Shown one piece after another: positions 1-9,898 of a DNA stretch of 32,454 nt. How positions within the stretch are numbered: the stretch's first letter is position 1; the number at the start of each line of letters is the position of its first letter. Origin of the DNA: Gemmatimonadota bacterium (GTDB lineage: Bacteria > Gemmatimonadota > Gemmatimonadetes > Gemmatimonadales > GWC2-71-9); contig SMVY01000049.1 of NCBI GenBank assembly GCA_004357415.1, positions 1-32,454 of the forward strand, read 5' to 3'. The position numbers and the translations under genes are program-made. The notes under the pieces were generated by a model. It saw nothing but the letters and a program-made list of their open reading frames with translations. It ran no database searches and was not told the DNA's origin.

Positions 1-626
1 AACACTTCCACTGGCTGGGCGCCCACCAGGAGTCCGCCTTCGATGTAGAACGTCGGGGTGCTGGTGGCTCCTGCCTTGACCGCTCCCTGGGCATCGATTT
101 CGATCTGCGGCAGGGTGGCCTCGGATTGGAGGCACTCGGCCAGGAGTGACTTGTCGATCCCCACCGAGTCGGCCAGCGTCAGCAAGAACTCGCCCGGTTC
201 CTGGAGTGGGGCCCAGATGTCCTGGTGGAGGAACAGCAGGTCGTGGACCGGCCAGAAGGCACCCTGGTTGGCCGAGCACATCGCCGTCTGGGCTGCGGGA
301 ATGGCGTTGGGGTGCAGCGAAGGGATGGGGAAGTTCACGTAGACCCAACGGACCTTGCCGGTCTCGATGTACTCCGCTTCGATGAGCGGGAAACTCTCGA
401 CGGCGTGACGGCGGCAGTACGGGCATTGGAAATCCGACATCTCGTATACCGTGATCGGCGCCTGGGGCGACCCCTTGGACCGCGGGGCCAACGGGTCCTG
501 CTGGGTGTCTTGGGCTCCAGACGGGGCGAAGATGAAACCGGTGCCGAGGGAGACGGCCAGGGCCAGGACGGCCACGACGCCGAGCCGGTGGTGTCGAATC
601 GGAGTTGGGGAGTCGGTGGGCTTCAT
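1..626 (-). CDS. DsbA-family thiol:disulfide oxidoreductase (thioredoxin fold). The C-terminus runs off the window.
   Basis: My own minus-strand translation from ATG (626-624): MKPTDSPTPIRHHRLGVVAVLALAVSLGTGFIFA (signal-like) ... ITVYEMSDFQCPYCRRH (CxxC active site) ... STPTFYIEGG. It is absent from the ORF track because no stop lies in the window. Confidence 0.8.
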   Translation of the reverse strand, partial: MKPTDSPTPIRHHRLGVVAVLALAVSLGTGFIFAPSGAQDTQQDPLAPRSKGSPQAPITVYEMSDFQCPYCRRHAVESFPLIEAEYIETGKVRWVYVNFPIPSLHPNAIPAAQTAMCSANQGAFWPVHDLLFLHQDIWAPLQEPGEFLLTLADSVGIDKSLLAECLQSEATLPQIEIDAQGAVKAGATSTPTFYIEGGLLVGAQPVEV

Positions 627-632
627 GGGATC

Positions 633-1388
633 TCAGTAAGTCGGGAGTCTGTTGCCGTTGCGGTCGTCGAGCCTGACGGTATCGCCTGTTATTTGAACGT
701 TCCAGTACCACTCGGAGTTCGGGTCTTCTACGTCCCAGGCGCGGGCGTACACCCACCACGCGCCCCGGCCGACCCGCATGGTGGCGTGCCCGGCGCTATC
801 GGTCGTGTCGGTCAGCCCTGTCCGGTCGGTCCGGTCCGCCAGGGCCGTGACCAGGGAATCGTAGCCACGAAAGGTGGTCTCTTCCCAATCCCTGACCTCA
901 TGGCGGAGGCTGTCGTTCAGGGGGACGAACGTCCGACGGGCTCGTCGCAGCGCGGTGGTAGCCTGTTCCCGCCGCGCTTCCGACCGCTCGAGCGAGTCGC
1001 TCAACTGGGCAAACAGCTGGAAGCGGAGCCGGTAAGCCTCGTCCCCTCGGGGGAGGGTGTCCATGGCCGTCTTGAGGGTAGTCATGGAATCCCGGTAGCG
1101 ACCTACCGCGTGTGCGGCTCGGGCAACCTCGAGATAGGGTACCCGGAAGGCCGCGAACAGGCTGTCGAGCGTGGCCACGTGCGGTCGCGGCCGCGCGGCT
1201 TGCCGCTCCAGCAAATCCAGCAGGCTGTCGCGGTCGTATGGCAGGATGACGAGCGGGAGGTTGGGCGCGACGATGGGGTTGGCATCGAGGTCGAGGACCA
1301 TGACCTCGACGGTCACCTCCCGTGGGCCGTTACAGGCCGCAAGAAGCACCGTCAGGCTCACCAAACGGAGGATGGTGTTTCGGGGCAT
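633..1388 (-). CDS. Hypothetical lipoprotein
   Basis: Part of ORF 633..1508. I re-set the start to the internal ATG at 1388, giving MPRNTILRLVSLTVLLAAC (lipobox LAAC). I recognise no domain. Its stop lies 6 nt upstream of the DsbA-like start. Confidence 0.55.
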   Translation of the reverse strand: MPRNTILRLVSLTVLLAACNGPREVTVEVMVLDLDANPIVAPNLPLVILPYDRDSLLDLLERQAARPRPHVATLDSLFAAFRVPYLEVARAAHAVGRYRDSMTTLKTAMDTLPRGDEAYRLRFQLFAQLSDSLERSEARREQATTALRRARRTFVPLNDSLRHEVRDWEETTFRGYDSLVTALADRTDRTGLTDTTDSAGHATMRVGRGAWWVYARAWDVEDPNSEWYWNVQITGDTVRLDDRNGNRLPTY

Positions 1389-1533
1389 GAGCCGTCCGTC
1401 GAGAAGGGGTCGTCGAAGCACCACCAAAGCTAACGGGGCCACTGCCGGGGTACCAATGACCGGGCCGAAAACAGAGCGGCCCCCCGACCACTGGCCGGGA
1501 GGCCTCAAGGCACTGGAGGGTACCCTCTCTGGA

Positions 1534-2460
1534 CTATCCGCCTATTTCCTCGGGGAGGACATAGCGCTGTGGGTTCACTGCCCGGCCGTTGACGTGCACC
1601 TCGTAATGGAGGTGCGGTGCGGTCGCCAGGCCGGTCTTGCCGATGAGGGCGATCCGGTCTCCCCGTTTCACTCGCTGGCCCGACTTGACCAGGATCTTCG
1701 AGGCGTGGGCGTACTTGGTGACCACGCCGTATCCATGGTTGATGGTGACCGTGTTGCCGAAGCCTGAACGCCACCCGGTGGACGTCACCACACCGCCGGC
1801 GGGTGCCTGGATGGGCGTGCCCTTGGGCGCGGTGATGTCGATGCCCTTGTGCGGCCGTGCGTAGTGCAGGATCGGGTGCATGCGCATGGCCTTGTAGCTG
1901 CTCGAGAGCCACCCCTGGGTCGGCATGATGGACGGTGTGGCCGCCAACCGGCGGTTGTGCGACGCCAAGCTGTCCATCGCTTCGTCGAACGACGAGGCCA
2001 GCAGATTGGCTCGCCGAATCAGGGCGTTGAGATCGACTCTGACTTCCGTGGCCCGCTGTCCCAGTACCCCCGTTCGGGCGAGTGCGTCATCGTAGCCCGG
2101 CTCGGCAGGGCCGCCGATACCGGCTTGGAGCACTTGGGGATCGATGGGGTCGAGATCGGCCAGCACCCGGTAGCGGCTGTCTCGCAAGGCAATTTCGTTG
2201 ATGGTGTCGGTGACCCACGTCAGTTGACTCTGAAGACGACCGAGTTCTTCCGCCAGGAGGACGTTCTCACGCTCGAGCTGTGCCGCGCGCGTCAGATCGA
2301 CCTTGCGGGACACCGTGAGGTACCCGAACACGAGCGCCGCGACGAGCAGCGTCGCTGCTCCCCCGGCGATCATCTTCAGGACGGCCGTCGAAACCTGCAG
2401 CCTGGTGGAGGCTCCAGTTCCGTGCGGCACTACCACCAATGTCCAGCGGCGTTTGCCCAT
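1534..2460 (-). CDS. M23 family metallopeptidase (LytM domain) with an N-terminal membrane anchor
   Basis: Motifs HKGIDITAP ... GNTVTINHG ... APHLHYEVHVNG. The N-terminus is MGKRRWTLVVVPHG followed by a TM segment. The ATG at 2460 is preceded by GAAGG 8 nt upstream; a GTG at 2469 is an alternative start. Confidence 0.85.
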   Translation of the reverse strand: MGKRRWTLVVVPHGTGASTRLQVSTAVLKMIAGGAATLLVAALVFGYLTVSRKVDLTRAAQLERENVLLAEELGRLQSQLTWVTDTINEIALRDSRYRVLADLDPIDPQVLQAGIGGPAEPGYDDALARTGVLGQRATEVRVDLNALIRRANLLASSFDEAMDSLASHNRRLAATPSIMPTQGWLSSSYKAMRMHPILHYARPHKGIDITAPKGTPIQAPAGGVVTSTGWRSGFGNTVTINHGYGVVTKYAHASKILVKSGQRVKRGDRIALIGKTGLATAPHLHYEVHVNGRAVNPQRYVLPEEIGG

Positions 2461-2623
2461 TGGGGACACCTTCGGTTAAGTCACTATCTATCAACAAGTT
2501 ATAGACTACGCAGTTGCCGGTCTCCTCGGCTGGGGGAGCGGCAGCGGGTGGTAAGATGCGCCCTGAAAAAAGGGGTGTCAAGATTCCGAATGACACGTCT
2601 AATTCTTTGACTGTCAAATACTT

Positions 2624-4138
2624 TTATGCCGTGTCTGCCTTGGGGAACAGGGCTGCACCCTTGGTCGTTTGGGCCCCGATAACCGGTGGGTTAGCCAGGT
2701 CTTGCCACCTCGCCGCGGCGGCGGTTCCTTCCTGTCCGAGGGCGCTCCACAGTTCGTCGCTCTTCTCGGGCATGAACGGACTCACTAGCACGGCCAGTCG
2801 GTACAGGCACCGGGCCAGACTGGTCAAGGCCGAGTCGAGTTCGGCATCCTGCCCGGCCTTGGCCAAGGCCCAGGGGGCGGTCTGGGTAACGAACAGGTTG
2901 CCGGCCGACACCAGTGACCACGCCGCCTCGGCACCCCCGCGCAGGTCGAGGTCGTCCATCAACGCCTGGTAGCGCGCCACGACTTCACCGCCACTGGCGT
3001 CGAGGGTCGTGTCCGCCGGCGCGTCGGGAACGCGCCCGTCTCGGTACTTGCCCAGCATCGCCAGGACCCGCGACGCCAGGTTGCCGAGTCCGTCGGCCAG
3101 ATCGGCCGTGTAGCGCTCGTCGAACCGATCCCAGGTAAAATTGCCGTCGCCCTCGAAGCCGATTTCGCGCATGAGGAAGTAACGCAACGGGTCCGGTCCG
3201 TGCCGCTCGATGGCGCTCCCCAGGCTGACGCCGATTCCCGCCGTCTTCGACATCTTGGCGCCCTCCCACTGGACGTACCCGTGGGCCCACACCTCCTTGG
3301 GCAACGGCATCTCGGCGGCCATTAGCATGGCGGGCCAGATGACGCAGTGGAATCGGCTGATGCCTTTGCCGATGATGTGGAGATCGGCGGGCCACAACTT
3401 GTCGTACCCGGGATCGGGGAAGCCGGTACCCGACAGGTAGTTGATCAGCGCGTCGAACCAGACGTATACCGTATGATCCGGATCGCCGGGGAAGGGGATG
3501 CCCCATGGAAAGCGCGACCGCGAAATGGAGATGTCCTGCAGACCCGACTCGATGAGGCGCAGAACCTCGTTGCGGCGGATGGCCGGCTCGACCGAGAACT
3601 CACCGCTGGTGATCAACTCCAACAGTCGGTCTCCATAGCGGCTCAACCGGAAGAAGTGGTTGGCCTCCTTGGTTTCCTTCAGGTCGAGTGTCGGGTGTTC
3701 CACGCAGTGGCCGTCGATGATCTGGCTGCCCTGTTTGAATTCCTCGCACCCGATGCAATAGAGACCTTCATATTGGCCCAGGAACAGATCGTCCGGGTTG
3801 TGCTCCTGAATGCGGGAGAGCAACGCCTGTACCGACCGGGCGTGTCGCGGCTCGGTGGTTCGGATCCAGTCGTCGTGGCTGCAGTGCAACCGGGCCCAGA
3901 AGTCGGCAAACCGCTCGGCCATGCGGTCGACCCACACCTGGGGTTCTACGCCGTTGTCCTCCGCCGCCTGGATGACGCTCTGGCTATGTTCGTCCATACC
4001 CATGAGGAAATGGACCTCGTCACCGCGCAGCCGCCGGTAGCGGGCAATGCAGTCGGCGCCAATTTTCTCCATCGCTTGTCCCAGGTGAGGGTCGCCGTTG
4101 GAGTAGTCGATGGCGGTGGTGAGGTAGAACTTGGACAC
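2624..4138 (-). CDS. metG: Methionine--tRNA ligase (short form, no C-terminal tRNA-binding domain)
   Basis: FYLTTAIDYSNGDPHLGQA (HIGH-like region), the zinc knuckle CIGCEEF...GHCVEHP and KMSKT. The GTG start directly abuts the stop of the upstream PSP1 gene. Confidence 0.95.
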   Translation of the reverse strand: MSKFYLTTAIDYSNGDPHLGQAMEKIGADCIARYRRLRGDEVHFLMGMDEHSQSVIQAAEDNGVEPQVWVDRMAERFADFWARLHCSHDDWIRTTEPRHARSVQALLSRIQEHNPDDLFLGQYEGLYCIGCEEFKQGSQIIDGHCVEHPTLDLKETKEANHFFRLSRYGDRLLELITSGEFSVEPAIRRNEVLRLIESGLQDISISRSRFPWGIPFPGDPDHTVYVWFDALINYLSGTGFPDPGYDKLWPADLHIIGKGISRFHCVIWPAMLMAAEMPLPKEVWAHGYVQWEGAKMSKTAGIGVSLGSAIERHGPDPLRYFLMREIGFEGDGNFTWDRFDERYTADLADGLGNLASRVLAMLGKYRDGRVPDAPADTTLDASGGEVVARYQALMDDLDLRGGAEAAWSLVSAGNLFVTQTAPWALAKAGQDAELDSALTSLARCLYRLAVLVSPFMPEKSDELWSALGQEGTAAAARWQDLANPPVIGAQTTKGAALFPKADTA

Positions 4139-5200
4139 TCAGCCCTCTGGGTTGGTGGAATCGCCGGGTCTCCGGCGGCGCCGCCTGCCGCGCCGGTGTC
4201 TCTGCCTGCGCGCCGCAGCCGGGTCGCTCGGTGGTTCGCCTTCCACCGGGGGCTTCTCCTCCGGGGCCGGGGTCTCGGCTTGGGCCTCAGGCCGGGGCGC
4301 CTCGGCCGGGTCCTGGTGCGCTGTAGCTGGGACCGCGGGACTCCGCGGAATCGATGCGATCTCCTCGCGCAACTGCAGGAGGGGGATGATGCGCGAGGCA
4401 CCGTCGGGACCGCGCAGACTAACCCGCTCGCGCAGGATATCGACCGAGACGACCCGCTCATCTCCCAGTGCAGTCTGCAGCGTTTTCCCTTCTTTGGGGA
4501 ACCGCTTGCGGGAGGTGACGTAGAAGTCGTGCTCGTACTTGAGGCAGCACAGCAGCCGGCCGCAGCCACCGGAAATCTGGGCCGGGTTGAGCGCCAGACC
4601 CTGGTCTTTCGCCAGCCTGAGGCTCACCGGTGAGAGTTCTGTGAGCCACGAGGAACAGCAATATTCCCGGCCGCACCGGCCCACGCCCGAGAGCTGGGCC
4701 GCCTCATCCCGGGCTCCGATCTGGCGCAGGTCGATCCTGGTGCGGAAGAGGGCCGCCAGATCCCGGACCAGCATTCGAAAGTCGACCCGCTTCTCGGCGG
4801 TGAAGAACACCGTCAGCTTGTTACGGTCCCACTGCCACTCCGTGTCGCTGACCTTCATGGCCAGCCCGTGATGCTTGACCCGCTCGAGGACTTTACGCCG
4901 CACCTCCTCCTCGGACCGTCGTAGGTGCACGGCCGTGTGGACCTCGTTGCTCGAGGCACGCCGCAGGACCGCTTTGGGTTCGTCGGATGTCGAGGGTGCT
5001 TTGGAGGACGGGCAGCCGTTACAGGCCGTGCCACACTTCTTGAGGGCAACTTCCCCCACGGCACTGATGTGCCCCAGGTCCTTGCCGCGCTCGACCTCGA
5101 CGATCACCGCGTCGTTTAGCCGTGGGTTGTTTTCTTTATCGGTCCAATGGAAAAACCCGCGCCGGGTTCCCTTGAACCGGACTTCTATCGTTTGGGCCAT
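4139..5200 (-). CDS. PSP1 domain protein (RicT/YaaT-like) with a Pro/Glu-rich then poly-Arg C-terminal tail
   Basis: PSP1 signature: KLTVFFTAEKRVDFRMLVRDLAALFRTRIDLRQIGARDEA...GRCGREYCCSSWL. The tail is ...RRQRHRRGRRRRRRPGDSTNPEG. The start overlaps the accA stop by 1 nt (TAATG). Confidence 0.85.
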   Translation of the reverse strand: MAQTIEVRFKGTRRGFFHWTDKENNPRLNDAVIVEVERGKDLGHISAVGEVALKKCGTACNGCPSSKAPSTSDEPKAVLRRASSNEVHTAVHLRRSEEEVRRKVLERVKHHGLAMKVSDTEWQWDRNKLTVFFTAEKRVDFRMLVRDLAALFRTRIDLRQIGARDEAAQLSGVGRCGREYCCSSWLTELSPVSLRLAKDQGLALNPAQISGGCGRLLCCLKYEHDFYVTSRKRFPKEGKTLQTALGDERVVSVDILRERVSLRGPDGASRIIPLLQLREEIASIPRSPAVPATAHQDPAEAPRPEAQAETPAPEEKPPVEGEPPSDPAAARRQRHRRGRRRRRRPGDSTNPEG

Positions 5201-6162
5201 TACGCCTCGGAATACGCGCCGATTCTGCCAAATTTTTCCGCTCGTCGGCGGACCAATTTGTCGGGTTTGAGCTTGCGCAGCTCGGCCAGATTGCGGATCA
5301 ATGATTCCCTGAGTGCTTCAGCGGTCGCCTCAGGATCTGTGTGCGCTCCGCCGATCGGTTCTTCGACGATCTCGTCGATTACTCCCAGCCGTTCGAGGTC
5401 GGGGGCGGTGAGTTTGAGTGCGTCAGCCGCACGCTCCCGTTGCGAGGCGTCCTTCCACAGGATGGCGGCACACCCCTCCGGCGAGATGACCGAGTACACC
5501 GAGTTCTCCAGCATCAGGATGCGGTCGGCCACACCTATCGCCAAGGCGCCACCCGAGCCCCCCTCGCCGATGACCACCGCCACGATTGGGGTCGGCAGCG
5601 CCGCCATCTCCACGATGTTCCGCGCCAGCGCCTCCGATTGGCCGCGTTCTTCGGCCCCCAGGCCGGGATAGGCTCCCGGTGTGTCAATGAGGGTGACGAC
5701 GGGAGCGGAGAACTTGGCCGCCTGATGCATCAACCGAAGGGCCTTACGGTACCCCTCCGGGTGGGGCATCCCGAAATTGCGTTTGAGATTTTCCTTGGTG
5801 TCTCGCCCCTTTTGATGACCGATGACCATGACCGACAAGCCGCCGATGCGGGCCCACCCGCCCACGATGGACGGATCGTCCCGGAAGTGACGATCGCCGT
5901 GCAACTCGATGAAATCGGTGAAAATCGTGCTCAGGTAGTCGAGCGTATAGGGGCGGCGTGGGTGTCGGGCCACCTGGACCCGCTGGATGGGAGTGAGGTG
6001 CTGGTAGATGTGCTGCCGCAACACCGCGAGCTTGGTGTCGAGCTGTTCGAGTTCTTGGGAGATGTCGATGTCGCGCTTGGTGCCGACCCGCTTGAGGTCG
6101 TCGATTTCCCGCTCCAGTTCGAGCAGCGGCTTCTCGAATTCCAACGTGTACGCGGTGGCCAT
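5200..6162 (-). CDS. accA: Acetyl-CoA carboxylase carboxyltransferase subunit alpha
   Basis: [30 protein letters not shown] and [39 protein letters not shown]. It lies 2 nt downstream of the dnaE stop, the dnaE-accA adjacency known from E. coli. Confidence 0.95.
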   Translation of the reverse strand: MATAYTLEFEKPLLELEREIDDLKRVGTKRDIDISQELEQLDTKLAVLRQHIYQHLTPIQRVQVARHPRRPYTLDYLSTIFTDFIELHGDRHFRDDPSIVGGWARIGGLSVMVIGHQKGRDTKENLKRNFGMPHPEGYRKALRLMHQAAKFSAPVVTLIDTPGAYPGLGAEERGQSEALARNIVEMAALPTPIVAVVIGEGGSGGALAIGVADRILMLENSVYSVISPEGCAAILWKDASQRERAADALKLTAPDLERLGVIDEIVEEPIGGAHTDPEATAEALRESLIRNLAELRKLKPDKLVRRRAEKFGRIGAYSEA

Positions 6163-6164
6163 GG

Positions 6165-9100
6165 TTACTTCGCCTTCACGTAGTGAACCGACTCGACGCC
6201 GAGGATCCCCTGCAGCGCGGTGACCAATTCGTCATCGGCGGCCACCCGCAACCGCCGCGATCGGAGTCTCATGGCCTCACCGTTCCCGTCACTCCATTCA
6301 ATATAGACCGGCGCGGGCCCTGGGTGCGCCGCGCACAACGCCGCGGCCGCACGGATGGCCTCTGGGTCGGGTGCCTCGAGCTTGCGCCAGCGCAGGCTGA
6401 CGGCAACGTCGCCCGCGGGACGGAATTCGTCCAGTGGGCGCACTGATTCCACCACGAAGGGTACCCGCTCCTCACCGCGGTCGCGGGTACTGTAGCCGCC
6501 TGTGAGGAGCATGGCCGCGTCGGGTACCACTGCCTGGTTGAGCTTGGCCCAGGTGGCCGGGAATACGATCGCCTCCGCCGTGCCGTGGAAGTCCTCGAGC
6601 ACCAGCCGGGCGTACTCCTTGCCGGTCTTCTTGGAGATCTGCCGCTTGACGCCGGTGATCACCGCGGCGATGGCGACTGGATGCTCGCTCCACTCACCCA
6701 GCGTAGCCGTGGTCCGGGTTCCGAAGAGTTCGACCTCGCGGCGGAACTTGGCCAGTGGGTGTCCGGAGATGAAGAACCCCAGCACTTCCTTCTCGCGCGT
6801 CAAGCGCTCCGCTTCGGACCACGGAGGCACGTCAGGGAGGGGCGTCTCGGCGATAGCCACAGGTTGGCCGGTATCGCCGAACAGGGATTCCTGGCCTGAT
6901 GCCCGTTCCTGTTGTTTGAGTTGGGCTTCGCTGATGGCTTTATCGAGGGCTTCGATGAGTTGCCGCCGGTGTCCGCCGAGGGAATCGCACGCGCCACTGG
7001 CTATGAGCGATTCTAGGACCCGCTTGTTGCACAACCGGACGTCGAGCCGCTCCACGAATTCCGCCAGCGACCGGATCGCGTCCTGATCGGCTGAGCGCGC
7101 GGCGATGATCGACTCGATGGCACCGGCACCGACGTTCCTGATGGCGCCGAGCCCGAAGCGGATGCGGGTGTCGCCCACGACGGTGAACTTGAAGCCGGAC
7201 TCGATGATATCGGGCGGCAGCACCTCGAGCCCCATCTCCCGCGCCTCGTTGATGTACTGCACCACCTTGTCCGTGGTGCCTATTTCAGACGACAACAGGG
7301 CCGCCATGAATTCGGCTGGGTAGTGAGTCTTGAGCCACGCCGTTTGGTAGGAGATGATCGAATAGGCCACCGAATGGGACTTGTTGAATCCGTAACGGCC
7401 GAACGTCTCGATCTGGCCGGCGATATCCTCGATGACCTTGCGATCGTGCCCCGCGGCGACGGCGCGTTTGATGAACCCTGCCAACTCGCGGCGGATGAGC
7501 GCCGCGTCTTTCTTGCCCACGGCCTTGCGCAACACATCGGCTTCGGCCAGGCTGAACCCCGCCAGCACGTTGGCGATGCGCATCACCTGTTCCTGATAGG
7601 TGATCACGCCGTAGGTGGACTTGAGTACCTCTTCCAGCGCAGGATGGGGGTAGCGGACCTGTTCCTTGCCCAGCTTGCGCCGGATGAATACCGTATGCAT
7701 TCCGGCATCCAGGGGGCCCGGCCGGAGAAGGGCGTTGCACGCCACCAGGTCGTCGAACCGGTCGCACTTCATGTTGCGTAGCGTCTCGGTGGCCAACGGA
7801 GACTCGAACTGGAACACGCCCGATGTCCGGCCGCTCCGCAGCAACTGGTAGACCGCATCGTCATCCAGCGCCAGCGTATCCATGTCGAGATCAACGCCAT
7901 GCCGGTCGTGGACTAGTTTGACCGCGTCGTGGATTACGGTGAGCGTCTTGAGCCCGAGAAGGTCCATCTTGAGCATGCCAACCTTCTCGAGCGCGACCAT
8001 GTCGTACTGGGTGATGATCGCGTTCTCGCCTCTCTGCCGCTGGCCCGCGCCCTTGCCGGGAGCCGTGCACACCGGGACGTATTCCCGGAGGGGCCCGGGA
8101 GCGATCACCACGCCGGCCGCGTGGACCGACGCGTGTCGCGAAATCCCCTCGATCCGCGAGCTGAGATCGATCATCCGCTGATAGACCGGCGCCGAGGCCG
8201 CCAGGTCCCTCAGCTCGGGGATCTTCTTGACCGCCTCAGGGATGGTCAGACTGTAGGCCGGACCCGAAGGGATCAGTTTGGTGATCTTGTCCGCCTCGCT
8301 CGGGGGGATCTTCAGCACCCGCGCCACGTCCTTCACCGCGGCCCGAGCCTTCATGGTACCGAAGGTGATGATCTGGCCCACGCTGTCCTGGCCGTAACGC
8401 TGCCGCACGTACTCGATGATCTCGCCCCGCCGCTCATAGCAGAAGTCGATATCGATGTCGGGCATCGACACGCGTTCGGGGTTCAGGAACCGTTCGAACA
8501 GGAGGTCGTAGGCGAGCGGATCGACTTTGGTGATGCCCAGGGCGTAGGCCACGATGGATCCGGCTGCGGAGCCGCGTCCCGGTCCCACCGGGATGTCCCG
8601 CTCACGGGCGGCAGCGATGAAGTCCTGCACGATCAGGAAATAGCCGGCGTACCCCGCCGTGTTGATGACGCCGAGTTCGTAGGTGAACCGCTCCTCTACC
8701 GCGTCCGGCAACGGATCACCATAGCGATGGTGAAGCCCCTCGCGTCCCAAGTGCTCGAGCAACGCTTCGTCGGTGGCGTAGTTCTCCGGGCGGGGAAACT
8801 CGGGAAGGAAGTAGCGCTGTTCGAAGTCGAACTCGCACATGTCGGCCACCTGCTGAGTGGCGTCGATGGTCTCGCCGTCATCGGGGAACAGGGCCCGCAT
8901 CTCCGCCTCGGACTTGACGTACGACTCCTGGCCGGTAAAACGGAACCTGTTGGGGTCGTCGAGATCGCTGCCGGTGGCGATCGCCAGTAGCACGTCGTGC
9001 GCCTGGGCGTCGTCCCGCCGCAGGTAGTGGGCGTCGTTGGTGGCGAGCACCCCGATCCCCAAGTCCTTCCCCAACCGCAGCATTCCCTCGGCCACGACCG

Positions 9101-9653
9101 CTTCTTCGGGAATTCCGTGTTTCTGGATTTCCAGCCAAAACCGGTCCGGCCCGAACGTCTGGGCAAACCACTCGGCCGACCGCTTGGCCTCTTCATAATT
9201 TCCCTGGCGCAGGTACAGCGCGATTTCTCCGGACAGACACGCGGCCAGGCACACGATGCCGTCCGAGTATTGGGCCAACACCTCTTTGTCGATGCGGGGA
9301 CGCCGGTAGAAACCCTCCGTGTATCCGATGGAGGTGAGCCTGACGAGGTTCTTGTAGCCCTCGGTGTTGCTGGCCAGGAGCACCAGATGGCTGTAGTTGG
9401 CCGGAGCCCACGAGGGCCGCTGCTGCTCGCCGCGTGGTCCGAATGAGAGATAGGCCTCGAAGCCCAGGATGGGCCGGATCCCCTGAGCCTTGGCCTCCTC
9501 GTAGAAGTGCCAGGCGGCGTGCATGTTCCCGTGGTCGGTTACCGCCAGGCTGTCCATGCCGAGCGACTTGACGTGGGACACCAACTCCGGGAGCCGATTG
9601 GCCCCGTCGAGAAGGGAGTACTCGCTGTGGGTGTGAAGATGGACGAAAGCCAT
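6165..9653 (-). CDS. dnaE: DNA polymerase III subunit alpha
   Basis: The PHP domain starts [18 protein letters not shown]. The length and downstream polymerase core and OB region are typical. I re-set the start from 9686 to the ATG at 9653, the conserved N-terminus. Confidence 0.95.
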   Translation of the reverse strand: MAFVHLHTHSEYSLLDGANRLPELVSHVKSLGMDSLAVTDHGNMHAAWHFYEEAKAQGIRPILGFEAYLSFGPRGEQQRPSWAPANYSHLVLLASNTEGYKNLVRLTSIGYTEGFYRRPRIDKEVLAQYSDGIVCLAACLSGEIALYLRQGNYEEAKRSAEWFAQTFGPDRFWLEIQKHGIPEEAVVAEGMLRLGKDLGIGVLATNDAHYLRRDDAQAHDVLLAIATGSDLDDPNRFRFTGQESYVKSEAEMRALFPDDGETIDATQQVADMCEFDFEQRYFLPEFPRPENYATDEALLEHLGREGLHHRYGDPLPDAVEERFTYELGVINTAGYAGYFLIVQDFIAAARERDIPVGPGRGSAAGSIVAYALGITKVDPLAYDLLFERFLNPERVSMPDIDIDFCYERRGEIIEYVRQRYGQDSVGQIITFGTMKARAAVKDVARVLKIPPSEADKITKLIPSGPAYSLTIPEAVKKIPELRDLAASAPVYQRMIDLSSRIEGISRHASVHAAGVVIAPGPLREYVPVCTAPGKGAGQRQRGENAIITQYDMVALEKVGMLKMDLLGLKTLTVIHDAVKLVHDRHGVDLDMDTLALDDDAVYQLLRSGRTSGVFQFESPLATETLRNMKCDRFDDLVACNALLRPGPLDAGMHTVFIRRKLGKEQVRYPHPALEEVLKSTYGVITYQEQVMRIANVLAGFSLAEADVLRKAVGKKDAALIRRELAGFIKRAVAAGHDRKVIEDIAGQIETFGRYGFNKSHSVAYSIISYQTAWLKTHYPAEFMAALLSSEIGTTDKVVQYINEAREMGLEVLPPDIIESGFKFTVVGDTRIRFGLGAIRNVGAGAIESIIAARSADQDAIRSLAEFVERLDVRLCNKRVLESLIASGACDSLGGHRRQLIEALDKAISEAQLKQQERASGQESLFGDTGQPVAIAETPLPDVPPWSEAERLTREKEVLGFFISGHPLAKFRREVELFGTRTTATLGEWSEHPVAIAAVITGVKRQISKKTGKEYARLVLEDFHGTAEAIVFPATWAKLNQAVVPDAAMLLTGGYSTRDRGEERVPFVVESVRPLDEFRPAGDVAVSLRWRKLEAPDPEAIRAAAALCAAHPGPAPVYIEWSDGNGEAMRLRSRRLRVAADDELVTALQGILGVESVHYVKAK

Positions 9654-9860
9654 GCTCGTCGAATCAGCCCGGTGGCGAACCACCAAGGCGGCATAGACGC
9701 TCGACGCCCGATTCGGCGGGACCCTGGCTGCGCGAGGGATGGTCGAGGCGTCTCGGATGAGTCAAACGGTCGGAACGGCTGGGCAGCGCGTGCGGCCTCT
9801 ATCCGGCCCTTCCGACGCGGCAAACCGAGTCTGCAGGGAACCTATCCGGCCGCCGCGGAA

Positions 9861-9889
9861 TTGTCAAAGGCATTGTCCTGCTTTATGTT
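9861..9889 (+). promoter_or_regulatory. Candidate sigma70-type promoter for the outer-membrane protein gene (TTGTCA-17 nt-TATGTT)
   Basis: TTGTCA at 9861-9866, a 17-nt spacer and TATGTT at 9884-9889. The -10 ends 9 nt before the GTG start at 9899, so the mRNA would be leaderless or nearly so. This is a hexamer match only. Confidence 0.3.
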
Positions 9890-9898
9890 ACAGCTTCC

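Noticed and set aside
225-1433. Long alternate-strand or alternate-frame ORFs in the track. Examples: 225..1433(+), 3347..4633(+), 7929..8990(+), 11311..12507(-), 12994..13905(-), 14049..15659(+), 22206..23264(+), 23589..24986(+) and 27788..29293(-).
   Set aside because: Each lies opposite, or out of frame with, a gene carrying unmistakable conserved motifs. Their translations are Arg/Pro/Gly/Ala-rich low-complexity strings. This is typical of stop-codon-poor frames in high-GC DNA.
1516-1527. Perfect 12-nt palindrome GAGGGTACCCTC just downstream of the M23 peptidase stop, considered as a terminator or operator.
   Set aside because: It has no loop and no U-tract, and the stem is short for this GC content. 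It cannot be distinguished from chance without conservation data.
2267-2617. ORF of 116 aa starting in the AT-rich spacer upstream of the M23 peptidase gene.
   Set aside because: It has a TTG start with no SD. Its first codons are AT-rich, unlike genuine genes here, and the rest overlaps the M23 gene out of frame.
6154-6169. An identical 16-nt junction, ggtggccatggttact, at the dnaE/accA (6154-6169) and pdhB/pdhC (19075-19090) boundaries. In sense orientation it reads AGTAACCATGGCCACC: TAA stop, CC, then ATG GCC ACC.
   Set aside because: Both downstream proteins begin Met-Ala-Thr with the preferred codons. A single shared 16-mer in about 32 kb of compositionally biased sequence is not clearly beyond chance. 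There is no extended similarity on either side.
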